Positions 8,152 through 16,102 of a stretch of 26,039 nucleotides of DNA are shown here, in pieces. The stretch lies in IMG/VR virus record IMGVR_UViG_3300029145_000023, positions 1-26,039 of that record. One strand, written 5' to 3'. Origin of the DNA: a virus. Taxonomy: Duplodnaviria; Caudoviricetes. A program made the position numbers and the translations under genes. How positions within the stretch are numbered: the stretch's first letter is position 1; every line of letters starts with the position of its first letter. A model generated the notes under the pieces. The model searched no databases. It was given only the letters and a program-made list of their open reading frames with translations, and was not told where the DNA came from.

Positions 8152-8233
8152 AAAAGCCCCCGGTTGTGGGTTTGTCAATGCGATGTCGGCTTTCGCGCTT
8201 TCGCGCGTAGCGTATCACGCCACAACCGGGGAA
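8152..8233 (-). ncRNA. Candidate structured tRNA-trailer small RNA / terminator
   Basis: 12-bp closing stem CCCCGGUUGUGG/CCACAACCGGGG (8231-8220 / 8169-8158), inner stems GUGAU/AUCGC and GCGC-GAAA-GCGC, followed by GCUUUU; carries antisense to 7815-7833. Confidence 0.65.
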
Positions 8234-8286
8234 GTGCGGGTGAAAGGATTCGAACCTTCACCCCATTGCTGGGACATGGCCCTCAA
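8234..8286 (-). mobile_element. attP core: 3' half of tRNA-Leu(GAG)
   Basis: Minus strand TTGAGGG (anticodon loop), CCATG, variable arm CCCA-GCAA-TGGG, T arm GAAGG-TTCGAAT-CCTTT, CACCCGC-A. tRNA similarity stops exactly at the 5' edge of the anticodon loop. Integrase lies 650 bp away. Confidence 0.92.
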
Positions 8287-8363
8287 GTACCGGAACCTGA
8301 CAAGTCGATTACGACGCTAAATTCGTTAAGAACCTTCGCCGCTTGCTCTAAGATGTTCGTGTG

Positions 8364-8855
8364 TCAGACGAACTTGCTAGCGTAGACAACCAAAGCTGTT
8401 AGCGTTGGCTGCTCGAGTTTAACCTTGAGGTTTGCAACGTGACTTTGGATCGTGCTGGTTGAAACGAATAGTTTTGTTGCGATTTCCTCGATGGTTAGCG
8501 ACTTGCCCAACAGGTCGAAAACGACCTGCTCACGTTCTGTTATTCGCGCGTGCCCCGGTTTTGCTGCTTGGGAAATGGTGCAACACGCTACGCTTTCGAG
8601 TTTTGGAACCGGGTAAACCTTTACGAAGAATGCATGTCCATCGAACTCCGTCCAGTAGGTTGATTCCTCTCCAAAAAAAACTGCTTGAGCAAAAGCAGAA
8701 CGAGCTTGAGATTTTGTCTCCGGGGTGATGACATCCCAAACGAACACACCCCTAAACCGCTCTACGTCATCATCGGATTCCCAATTGGAACTCCACAGGA
8801 CCGAACCACGCGAGCAATACAAAGTAACAATTGGTGCGGATATCGAAATTCTCAT
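8364..8855 (-). CDS. LuxR-family transcription factor with PAS-like N-terminal domain
   Basis: C-terminal ITEREQVVFDLLGKSLTIEEIATKLFVSTSTIQSHVANLKVKL is a LuxR HTH; WDVITPETKSQARSAFAQAV...FFVKVYPV is PAS-like. Start uncertain (8855 or 8903). Confidence 0.85.
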   Translation of the reverse strand: MRISISAPIVTLYCSRGSVLWSSNWESDDDVERFRGVFVWDVITPETKSQARSAFAQAVFFGEESTYWTEFDGHAFFVKVYPVPKLESVACCTISQAAKPGHARITEREQVVFDLLGKSLTIEEIATKLFVSTSTIQSHVANLKVKLEQPTLTALVVYASKFV

Positions 8856-8935
8856 TACAAAAATCGTGCACTCATGGATAGCAACACGCACGAACGTCGG
8901 CAAATTGGAAGCCTCGTCAATTATTTGGAGGCTTT

Positions 8936-9862
8936 ATGGAACAGGAACTTATATCGCTCGTCGGTCGATACATCGAAGATCATCCCGACGAACTATCGTG
9001 CAACTACAAAACGCAGCTCTTAAACACAATTGCAGTCTTTCGCAAGTTCTTGGGTAGCGCGCCGAACGTCGCGCACTTAAAGACTGATCTGGTTAATGCT
9101 TGGCTGGCTTGGCTCAATGACACTGGGCGCAGTCAAGCGACTAGAAAAACCCGACGCTCGGCAATCATGGCACTGTGGCGGTTTGCGTATGAGGAACGGC
9201 TCACCGACGAATTGCCACGCGCCAAACGCATCAGGTTGAAAGCTCAGATACCAACCGCTTGGTCGGCAAAAGAAATAGTCGCAATCTTGCGACACTGCGA
9301 AACCCTAAAAGGTCGCTTGGGGAATGGACTCCCAAAGTCGTTGTTTCTGCAAAGTCTCTTCATGGCTCTATACTCAACGGGGCTGCGAATAGGTGATCTG
9401 TTAATGTTGCGCTGGGATGACATTCACGGAGACGGTTCGATCGAAGTTGCGCAGGCAAAAACTGGACGAGTCGTCATTCGTTATTTATCACCGTCTACGA
9501 TCCGAATTCTTGAATCTTCCGGAGCAAAAAACCGAGACTTAATATGGCCAATGTGGGGAACGGAACTCACAAAAAGGAAAAACCTTTTCCGAGCCATTCG
9601 GATAGCGATAGAATCGAGTCCGCTCCCAGAAACCCGAAAGGGCACATCGAAATGGATTAGACGGGCCGGAGCTACGGAAATGGCTCGGCGTGGCGGTGAG
9701 ACTGATGCTCAAGCGTTTTTAGATCATACATCAATTCAGACCACACGGACGCACTATATTGATGCTAGGCAAACCACTCGAGGAATCAGGGGTCCAGATT
9801 TCGCAGGATACCTTGAAGGAACGGCAACGTTGCCTCACGCTCGTCAAAGCAATACGGGATGA
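8936..9862 (+). CDS. int: Tyrosine integrase
   Basis: TGLRIGDLL (R), QAKTG (K), KWIRR (K in place of H), LDH, THY; GGAGG RBS; closest recombinase to attP. Confidence 0.92.
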   Translation: MEQELISLVGRYIEDHPDELSCNYKTQLLNTIAVFRKFLGSAPNVAHLKTDLVNAWLAWLNDTGRSQATRKTRRSAIMALWRFAYEERLTDELPRAKRIRLKAQIPTAWSAKEIVAILRHCETLKGRLGNGLPKSLFLQSLFMALYSTGLRIGDLLMLRWDDIHGDGSIEVAQAKTGRVVIRYLSPSTIRILESSGAKNRDLIWPMWGTELTKRKNLFRAIRIAIESSPLPETRKGTSKWIRRAGATEMARRGGETDAQAFLDHTSIQTTRTHYIDARQTTRGIRGPDFAGYLEGTATLPHARQSNTG

Positions 9863-9968
9863 TTGCTCGGATGAGCTTACAGAAATGATTTTAACAAAAG
9901 CGATGACTCAGATATCGACGGGCGAGGATGGGACATTCGAGCCTGAAAGCAGAGAATAGGATTTTTAA

Positions 9969-10160
9969 ATGTCGCATCAGCCACCGCAAAGGGCATCGAC
10001 CGAACTACTCGAACGCATCGCAAACGCTCAAGATGCGACGTTCCGAAAGCTCTGCAATGTATACACCTGTTTGGCGTTCATCGCGTGGACATTGATCGTT
10101 CTGACCCTCGGCCTCGGGTTTACATGCCTTTCGGTCCTAATGCACCTAGACAAAACCTAA
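9969..10160 (+). CDS. Small membrane protein
   Basis: Long hydrophobic stretch VYTCLAFIAWTLIVLTLGLGFTCLSVLM; AGGA RBS. Confidence 0.65.
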   Translation: MSHQPPQRASTELLERIANAQDATFRKLCNVYTCLAFIAWTLIVLTLGLGFTCLSVLMHLDKT

Positions 10161-10163
10161 GAA

Positions 10164-10207
10164 GCCGGCGCTAGATCACGCGAACGTGAGGGACATCTAG
10201 CGCCGGC
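10164..10207. terminator. Hairpin between convergent operons
   Basis: 13-bp perfect inverted repeat GCCGGCGCTAGAT/ATCTAGCGCCGGC with inner hairpin CACG-CGAA-CGTG; no clear U tract. Confidence 0.6.
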
Positions 10208-10223
10208 AAGCGACGGAGCGACT

Positions 10224-10592
10224 CTATTTGTCCAAAATCAAAACCTGGACGTCGCAGGCGTCTGTGTCTGCTTTCAGTTGCAACGTCGTCGAATCGGCGA
10301 TTTCAAACAACGCTTGCTTGCCGGGCCGAATCTTGCCGCAAGCTACAAAGCCCGTATTGTCGACGCCGAACTCTACAAAATTCGTATCGTCCAGATTCTT
10401 GATACAAATCATGCCGCCGTCGGTTAGGTCGCCTTCGTCAAGATTCTCGGCGCTCGTTGCGATAGCTTGAACGCCAGCTTTCGACCGTGCATTTGTTTGG
10501 TCGAGATTGAACGAGCCGCCCGGTTGGAATTTGTCGACGAGTCCGCCACCGTTTACTTCAAGCCCGGTCGTGATTGTGATTTCGTTTGCCAT
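10224..10592 (-). CDS. Small beta-rich virion-associated protein
   Basis: MANEITIT..., Gly/Thr/Asp-rich, last gene of the tail operon. Confidence 0.7.
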   Translation of the reverse strand: MANEITITTGLEVNGGGLVDKFQPGGSFNLDQTNARSKAGVQAIATSAENLDEGDLTDGGMICIKNLDDTNFVEFGVDNTGFVACGKIRPGKQALFEIADSTTLQLKADTDACDVQVLILDK

Positions 10593-10603
10593 TTCAAAGC
10601 CCT

Positions 10604-10867
10604 CTAAAGTTTTCGTATCGCAACGGTTCTTTTGGTTCCGTTGTTGTCTGTAATGACGTCAGCCGCGACAAGATCATTCGCCGCAAGCGAAGATCCGGTC
10701 ATGTTCCAAAACGTCGGGATGTAATTCGGAATGCCTCGAACGACTCCGGCGTCCGTGATCGTGACCTCGCGGCCGCTCCCGCTGAACACGGTGCCTTGGT
10801 TAAAATCATCTGTTACCGCGTAAAGCGGCGCGGCAATCGTCGTCGACAATACTTGCAAAATCATCAT
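10604..10867 (-). CDS. Hypothetical tail-tip region protein
   Basis: ATGA-coupled to the upstream gene; beta-strand-like composition. Confidence 0.65.
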   Translation of the reverse strand: MMILQVLSTTIAAPLYAVTDDFNQGTVFSGSGREVTITDAGVVRGIPNYIPTFWNMTGSSLAANDLVAADVITDNNGTKRTVAIRKL

Positions 10868-11436
10868 TCGCGATAGCCTCGGATTCGGACCTCGGCGTCA
10901 CTCACACCATTGCAGAACCCAGTACCGAAGACCCAAGTTGCTGTCATGTCGAGCGTGTCACCGTTAAGCAATGTCGATTGAGAAAGCGGGCTATACCCAA
11001 CCGTGGCTTGATACTCCCAAACACGATTTTGCAGCGAGTCTGCATACCAAACAGCGAATGTTAATTCGGTTTGGAAAACGTCCGAGCTCACCTGCGCATA
11101 GAGTTTCCATTGGGTACCGCCGAGAAAACAGTTTGTCTCTACCGTCGTGAGCGACCATAGACACGGCTGCAACTCTTGAGTGAGCACAAACTGCCCGCCA
11201 TAAACCGAGCAATTCGAGCAAGCACCGTTTGAGAATCCGAGCGAATCGATTTGGAGTTTGAGCGGCGTTTTCCCAACCTGGAAGAAGCTACAATCTTCAC
11301 CTTTGGTAATGGTTCCCGTTTCTCCGTCTGTGCAACATTCGCGGTCGACTTGAGCTCCGATGTTTGGCAATCTCGAGATTACGGGCGCAAGTGTTCGCGG
11401 CTCGGCGATTCGTGTTGTCGGCATGTTCTTTTTCAT
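10864..11436 (-). CDS. Cys-rich putative tail-tip / receptor-binding protein
   Basis: 8 Cys in 190 aa (ECC, CSNC, PCLW etc.); directly after the hub-like gene. Confidence 0.6.
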   Translation of the reverse strand: MKKNMPTTRIAEPRTLAPVISRLPNIGAQVDRECCTDGETGTITKGEDCSFFQVGKTPLKLQIDSLGFSNGACSNCSVYGGQFVLTQELQPCLWSLTTVETNCFLGGTQWKLYAQVSSDVFQTELTFAVWYADSLQNRVWEYQATVGYSPLSQSTLLNGDTLDMTATWVFGTGFCNGVSDAEVRIRGYRE

Positions 11437-13490
11437 TAAAGCGCAAACCCCGTCTTGAGCTCAGTTGTATGATCGCCTTCAAAGCTCCAGCGTATGTAGG
11501 TAATTGGCGCGAGCCGATTGTCGGTTGCATCTTCTTCCGTCGGGTCAGGATCGAGCGAACCGTCACTCGCGAACTTGAGCAGGTAGCCGATCCCCTCTGC
11601 CCAATTCCAAATCCCCTTAACGCGGACTGTTGCGCGATAGCGATCGTTTTGATATCGAGCAACTGCTCCGGTCAACGCTTGATTCATTCGGTCGCGGTCG
11701 CTTCGGAGAACTACGCCAGCAGACGGGCTTGTAAGCTGAGCCCCTGATTCGTCAAGTGCGTAAACTGTGTTTGGGCAAAGCAGCCACATTTCGGCGTCCG
11801 GCATCGCCATTTCGTAGACGCCCTCCGAGTTGGGCGGATTTGGCGAGCTTACTAACTCATGCTCAACCGTTAACCGTTCGTCACTTCGAAATGCGATTGT
11901 GATCGTTATATTTTGCGTCGAATAAACCGGATCAGTTTCAGACGGATATGTCACTAATGACAACGCCCGGCCCGCGGCTAACGCGTGATTCGGGTACGCG
12001 TGAAGCTGCACGCCCCATTCAGTTGGAAGCGGTGAAACGCCGACTCCGGCCCACTCTGCTGTTAAATAGGGTTCGTTGGCGGCTGGGTCGGATCCTTCTT
12101 GAATGTAAACGGCCGGCGGCAAAAACGGATTCTCGGAATCAGTGTCGCCAATTGCGGTTGGTGGGTCGGTCGCGTAATCGTAACCTTGCCGCAACGGCGT
12201 CCATGCCAAAGTTTCCTTGACGAGATCTTGGCTTGCTCCGCGGACCGAGAACGACTCGCGGCCAAACCGCGTGACGCTTGGAATTAACGAAGCGTCAAAA
12301 TTAGCCGACTCTTTCACGACGAACCGCTGAAACACATCCCGAAAACGATCGGTCGCACGGTACACGTCGTTGATCTTGTCAGCTCCGAAAAACGACGTTT
12401 GACGGCCAGCCGCTTCCTCATAGTCAATAACCTGCGAAGCCGTCCAGCCGTTGTCGAGTTTATTGTCCGCTGGAACTAGTGTTTGTTGGTAGCTCGCACA
12501 AACGACGACGCGGTTTCCGACGAGCCTGATTTTCGAATACTTTTGACTTGTGGCGATCGCGACTTGCGCCCCGACCAAGTCGGGATTGCCGACCATGTCG
12601 AAAGTTGCAATGTTCGGGTTCGCGTGAAGCGTTACCGAATCCGTTGTCACGTCTGCCTTGGCGAGCGAGTAAATGTAAATCGTAAATTGCTCGGTTCCGC
12701 CTTCTCCAGTTGTGTACTTAATGAACCATTCGAACCCAGCGGACCGCGGAATGATCGTATGCAAGATGTCGGCAACGTTAGTTATTTCCTCAAACTCGAA
12801 TGAGTTTGTATATCGGTTGATATCTTGCAGCGTGTCCGGGTCGCCATGAACGAGCCAAGGCGGATCGTCTGGGTTTGTGGAATGCATAAACTTTTCGAGG
12901 ATGTATTCCGCATAATCTCGGCTCGTCCACGTTGAACCGTCTTCGCTATAAACGAAAACGTTTCCGGTCTGAACGGAGCTTGAGCGGTTGCCGACAATCG
13001 CGTTACGGTCGTCCGTCATATTCATTGGCGGCAGCCATTTGATTTCCTCAATGTCGTTGTCGGTTTTCCAAAACGATCGCGAGACTGATCGACGGCGAAG
13101 CAGTTCGTACGGCCCGGCACAATTGAACGTTTGAAGGCCAGTGGCCAAATCGCCCTCATAGGTTCTTGCAAAGCTCTCCCGATTCTCTTCCCAAACCTTA
13201 CCAATAAATATGGTTTGAAAATCCGGATCCTCGCTGGTGCCGAAATTGTACTGCCAGCGAATCCAGTAGTCCTTGATATCCAGGGGGGCAACGCGTTGAT
13301 AATCTGTTTGGCCCGGCCGCTGAACATCTCCGTATCGATATCGAAATGAAGCCGTCGGCAAGTCATGCGACGCGCTCGCATCAATGACCTCAACCGGCTC
13401 AACTCCTTGGATCTCCGTCCATTCCGCGTCTCGCCATTTTTCTTTATAGGCAATCTTCGGAGCGAAGTTTTTTCTGTTGACGAGCACCAT
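11436..13490 (-). CDS. Tail hub / baseplate-like protein
   Basis: 684 aa; IFIGKV motif, YSKIRLVG and a terminal beta-strand pattern typical of hub proteins; two genes after the TMP. Confidence 0.65.
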   Translation of the reverse strand: MVLVNRKNFAPKIAYKEKWRDAEWTEIQGVEPVEVIDASASHDLPTASFRYRYGDVQRPGQTDYQRVAPLDIKDYWIRWQYNFGTSEDPDFQTIFIGKVWEENRESFARTYEGDLATGLQTFNCAGPYELLRRRSVSRSFWKTDNDIEEIKWLPPMNMTDDRNAIVGNRSSSVQTGNVFVYSEDGSTWTSRDYAEYILEKFMHSTNPDDPPWLVHGDPDTLQDINRYTNSFEFEEITNVADILHTIIPRSAGFEWFIKYTTGEGGTEQFTIYIYSLAKADVTTDSVTLHANPNIATFDMVGNPDLVGAQVAIATSQKYSKIRLVGNRVVVCASYQQTLVPADNKLDNGWTASQVIDYEEAAGRQTSFFGADKINDVYRATDRFRDVFQRFVVKESANFDASLIPSVTRFGRESFSVRGASQDLVKETLAWTPLRQGYDYATDPPTAIGDTDSENPFLPPAVYIQEGSDPAANEPYLTAEWAGVGVSPLPTEWGVQLHAYPNHALAAGRALSLVTYPSETDPVYSTQNITITIAFRSDERLTVEHELVSSPNPPNSEGVYEMAMPDAEMWLLCPNTVYALDESGAQLTSPSAGVVLRSDRDRMNQALTGAVARYQNDRYRATVRVKGIWNWAEGIGYLLKFASDGSLDPDPTEEDATDNRLAPITYIRWSFEGDHTTELKTGFAL

Positions 13491-13852
13491 TAAGCAACCG
13501 CCCTTACTCGAGCGCGAAGCTCGCCACGGAAGCCGCCATTCTCACCTACTGCGACAGTAATGACCGGCCGGCTTACAGATTCGACCATGTGAGGCGGTGA
13601 CGTTTGACCAAGATCGTTAAGAAATGAAACCGTCGACGATTGCAAATCTCCAATCTGTCGAGCCCACGCGAGGCAATTTGCGACTGTGTCGTAAACGACT
13701 AGCTTGACGTCGTAAGGTGCGCCACGTTTTCCGATACGCTGAAAACCGTGCCCGTCTACGCCAGTAACTGCCCACGTTCTGACGACCTCGCGCATGCCGT
13801 AGTCGGAAACGCCATTAATCAAACTGCAACTGATTCCGCCAAAGCTCGGCAT
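13490..13852 (-). CDS. Distal tail-like protein
   Basis: 120 aa immediately after the TMP; assignment by synteny. Confidence 0.55.
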   Translation of the reverse strand: MPSFGGISCSLINGVSDYGMREVVRTWAVTGVDGHGFQRIGKRGAPYDVKLVVYDTVANCLAWARQIGDLQSSTVSFLNDLGQTSPPHMVESVSRPVITVAVGENGGFRGELRARVRAVA

Positions 13853-13867
13853 GATTGACTCCTTTCC

Positions 13868-15271
13868 TTATCGGTCTGCGTCGGGTGTCGATTGTGTTGG
13901 CGGTCGGTTCATGCGTTTAAGCTCGTTGTTTATTTCGGTAAGCTGTTCGTTTTCTTCTTGTCCCGATGTCAAATTAAATAGGCGCGCGGCTTGCGGACCG
14001 AACGCCCCAAAGCCGCCAATTAGCGAACCGAACTCCTGCGCGAGATTGGTTGCTTCTTCATTGCCAGACATCTCTACAATGTCTCCAGCCCTATCGTTGA
14101 GATACCGATCGTACGCGTTAACTCCTTCGGCAAACTGCTTTGCGCGAATTTCGTCACGTTTTGATTCGATACCAAAACCACTACGCGCCAAAACAAGCTC
14201 TTGCGCAATCTCCTTTCGAATGCGAGCCTTGTCTGCTTCGATCAAGCCAGCCGTTTCTGGCGATCCTTCTAGCGCCGCCCTAACTCCTTGCATCATGAAC
14301 GACTCGTCGGTTCCTGCGCGGTTCACAACGTCACCAACCTTGATCATGGTTGATTCGATGTCCTGTAGATTTTGTGAAAGCAGCGTGTATGCCGTGTTTA
14401 GTTCTTTCGATTCGCCCAGAAACTGTTTACGGTCGCTCTCCGGCATTTGCTGAATGACACGCAGCGCTTCGATGATGCCGAGCCCCTTTGTTTCCTCCGT
14501 TAAGGCGGCTTTGGACGCAAACGTAGACAGAGATGTTGCGGCCGGCTTCGCGGATTCAAACTGTTTGGCAAGAACTGATAGAGTTGCAATCGTTTCAACA
14601 GCCTCGCCTTTGTTTAGTGCCGAGCCTTGCGCGGCGATCGGCAACGCTGCCGCCATTTCCTCAAACGAAAGATTCGAGCTTTCTGCTGCCGCTTGAACGG
14701 CGTTGATTGATTGAATTGGGTTAATTTGACCACGAAACAACCCTGGGCCGCGTCCTGCAACCGTTGCGGCCGCGTCCGTCCCAACTAACGGACGAAACGA
14801 AAGGATTCGCTCAAAGTCTGACTCGAACCCTTCCGACACGGCCGAAAACAAGACGTTTCTCGCAACGTCTCTTTCAACGCCAAACTGGGCGGCGGCCGCA
14901 TCCGCCCGTTGGTTAAGCTCCCGAACTCGATTTGCATCCCCGCCACCAACTTGAGCAAGCCGTCTCCGACTCTCGGCAAGCCCTCGAGTTTGATCCTTTG
15001 CGGTCCGCACTTCGTCCTGATAATGTCGCAACGCTTCTTGAGCAAGTTGCCACGCCCCAGCGATTGCAGATACTCCGGAAACGTATCCCTTTAATTGGCT
15101 GACGGCCTGGCTGCCGAACCCATCTTTGGATGCTTTGCTTGCCTTTTGGGCTTTGTCCTTGACCTTGCCAAAGCCTTGCTCCATTTTGTTTTGTTGTCCG
15201 ACGATGCGTTGCAAACTTTTGAAAAGCTTGATTTCGTCACCAGTCAACTCAACGCTTAATTGTGGGGGCAT
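13868..15271 (-). CDS. Tail tape measure protein (short, 467 aa)
   Basis: Ala/Gln-rich helical protein; LSVELTGD N-terminus; follows the chaperone gene. Confidence 0.85.
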   Translation of the reverse strand: MPPQLSVELTGDEIKLFKSLQRIVGQQNKMEQGFGKVKDKAQKASKASKDGFGSQAVSQLKGYVSGVSAIAGAWQLAQEALRHYQDEVRTAKDQTRGLAESRRRLAQVGGGDANRVRELNQRADAAAAQFGVERDVARNVLFSAVSEGFESDFERILSFRPLVGTDAAATVAGRGPGLFRGQINPIQSINAVQAAAESSNLSFEEMAAALPIAAQGSALNKGEAVETIATLSVLAKQFESAKPAATSLSTFASKAALTEETKGLGIIEALRVIQQMPESDRKQFLGESKELNTAYTLLSQNLQDIESTMIKVGDVVNRAGTDESFMMQGVRAALEGSPETAGLIEADKARIRKEIAQELVLARSGFGIESKRDEIRAKQFAEGVNAYDRYLNDRAGDIVEMSGNEEATNLAQEFGSLIGGFGAFGPQAARLFNLTSGQEENEQLTEINNELKRMNRPPTQSTPDADR

Positions 15272-15383
15272 TGGTGATGGCCTCGAGTATCTGAAAATCT
15301 GCGATGGACGGAGCGTAGTTCGGGTTTAGTCCAAGCCGCCAACTTGTGAAGTCTCGACGGTGTCGAGAGATTGCTTTTTTTTT
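15249..15383 (-). other. Predicted -1 frameshift site and gpGT-type extension
   Basis: CTA AAA AAA AAG slippery run, hairpin TCTCGAC-ACC-GTCGAGA 5 nt downstream, -1 frame open for 41 codons to TGA at 15249. Confidence 0.8.
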
Positions 15384-16057
15384 AGTCCGTACTCAATGTA
15401 GGTTTCGAGATCAACGAGAGTCGCTAATACGTTGCGAAGCTCCGTTCCCGTATGCGTAAACAACTGAAGCAATGCAACCTCGTCAACGCCTACGTAATAA
15501 TTGGCGGCGATTGCTTCGGCTGCCTCGTCGTACTCGACCGTGATCGTTCCATCGGTATAAGCAAACTTGTCAAACACGCTGTTTGCGACTTCCCAAAGGC
15601 GACGGTATTTGTCGCGAACTGCGCCAAGCACCCAAGCACCATCACGCCGACCAACGGCACACGGCAAGAGCTCAATTTTGTCGAGAAACCCCTCTTCGTT
15701 TTCTTTAATTGATCGCGCAACCGGTATTAGCCATTCCTCATCATTGGCGAGCTTGACACGGTTTCCTCGCAATTGTTCTGGGCGCTCGAGATCAGCGGCT
15801 ATTGGCTTTTGCCCCTCATAACCAATCCAAAACTCGCCCGATTCAGAACGAACCCACGTTTGGCGATCTGGATAAAATCCAACATTTGTCACGACTCCGT
15901 CACGACCAAACACAATCCCAGCATCGCCGCTTGGCCCTCGTTCGCATCGACACGCAATGGGCTTTTCGTCGAACGCGTAAGACAAGCCGAGCGACTCGAT
16001 TTGCTCGAGCGGCATTTGCGGCTTGTATATTTCAGCAAAATAAAGAAACGCCCCCAT
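15326..16057 (-). CDS. Tail assembly chaperone (gpG-like)
   Basis: Between tail tube and TMP, ending in a slippery KKK sequence. Confidence 0.75.
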   Translation of the reverse strand: MGAFLYFAEIYKPQMPLEQIESLGLSYAFDEKPIACRCERGPSGDAGIVFGRDGVVTNVGFYPDRQTWVRSESGEFWIGYEGQKPIAADLERPEQLRGNRVKLANDEEWLIPVARSIKENEEGFLDKIELLPCAVGRRDGAWVLGAVRDKYRRLWEVANSVFDKFAYTDGTITVEYDEAAEAIAANYYVGVDEVALLQLFTHTGTELRNVLATLVDLETYIEYGLKKKQSLDTVETSQVGGLD

Positions 16058-16102
16058 CGCTCTGTCCTTTCGTTTTGGCGAGTCCCAATCGCCGAATTCG
16101 AA

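Noticed and set aside
8234-8320. Complete phage-encoded tRNA-Leu
   Set aside because: The 5' anticodon stem strand, D arm and 5' acceptor strand are missing; it is an att core.
7676-8363. CRISPR mini-array in the intergenic regions
   Set aside because: No direct repeats with regular spacers; the structure here is inverted repeats only.
9640-9670. Integrase inactive because HxxR reads KWIR
   Set aside because: This His position is known to vary in active tyrosine recombinases, and R, K, R, H and Y are all present.
10224-13490. Diversity-generating retroelement or shufflon acting on tail-tip genes
   Set aside because: No reverse transcriptase, no template/variable repeat pair and no repeated crossover sites were seen by eye.
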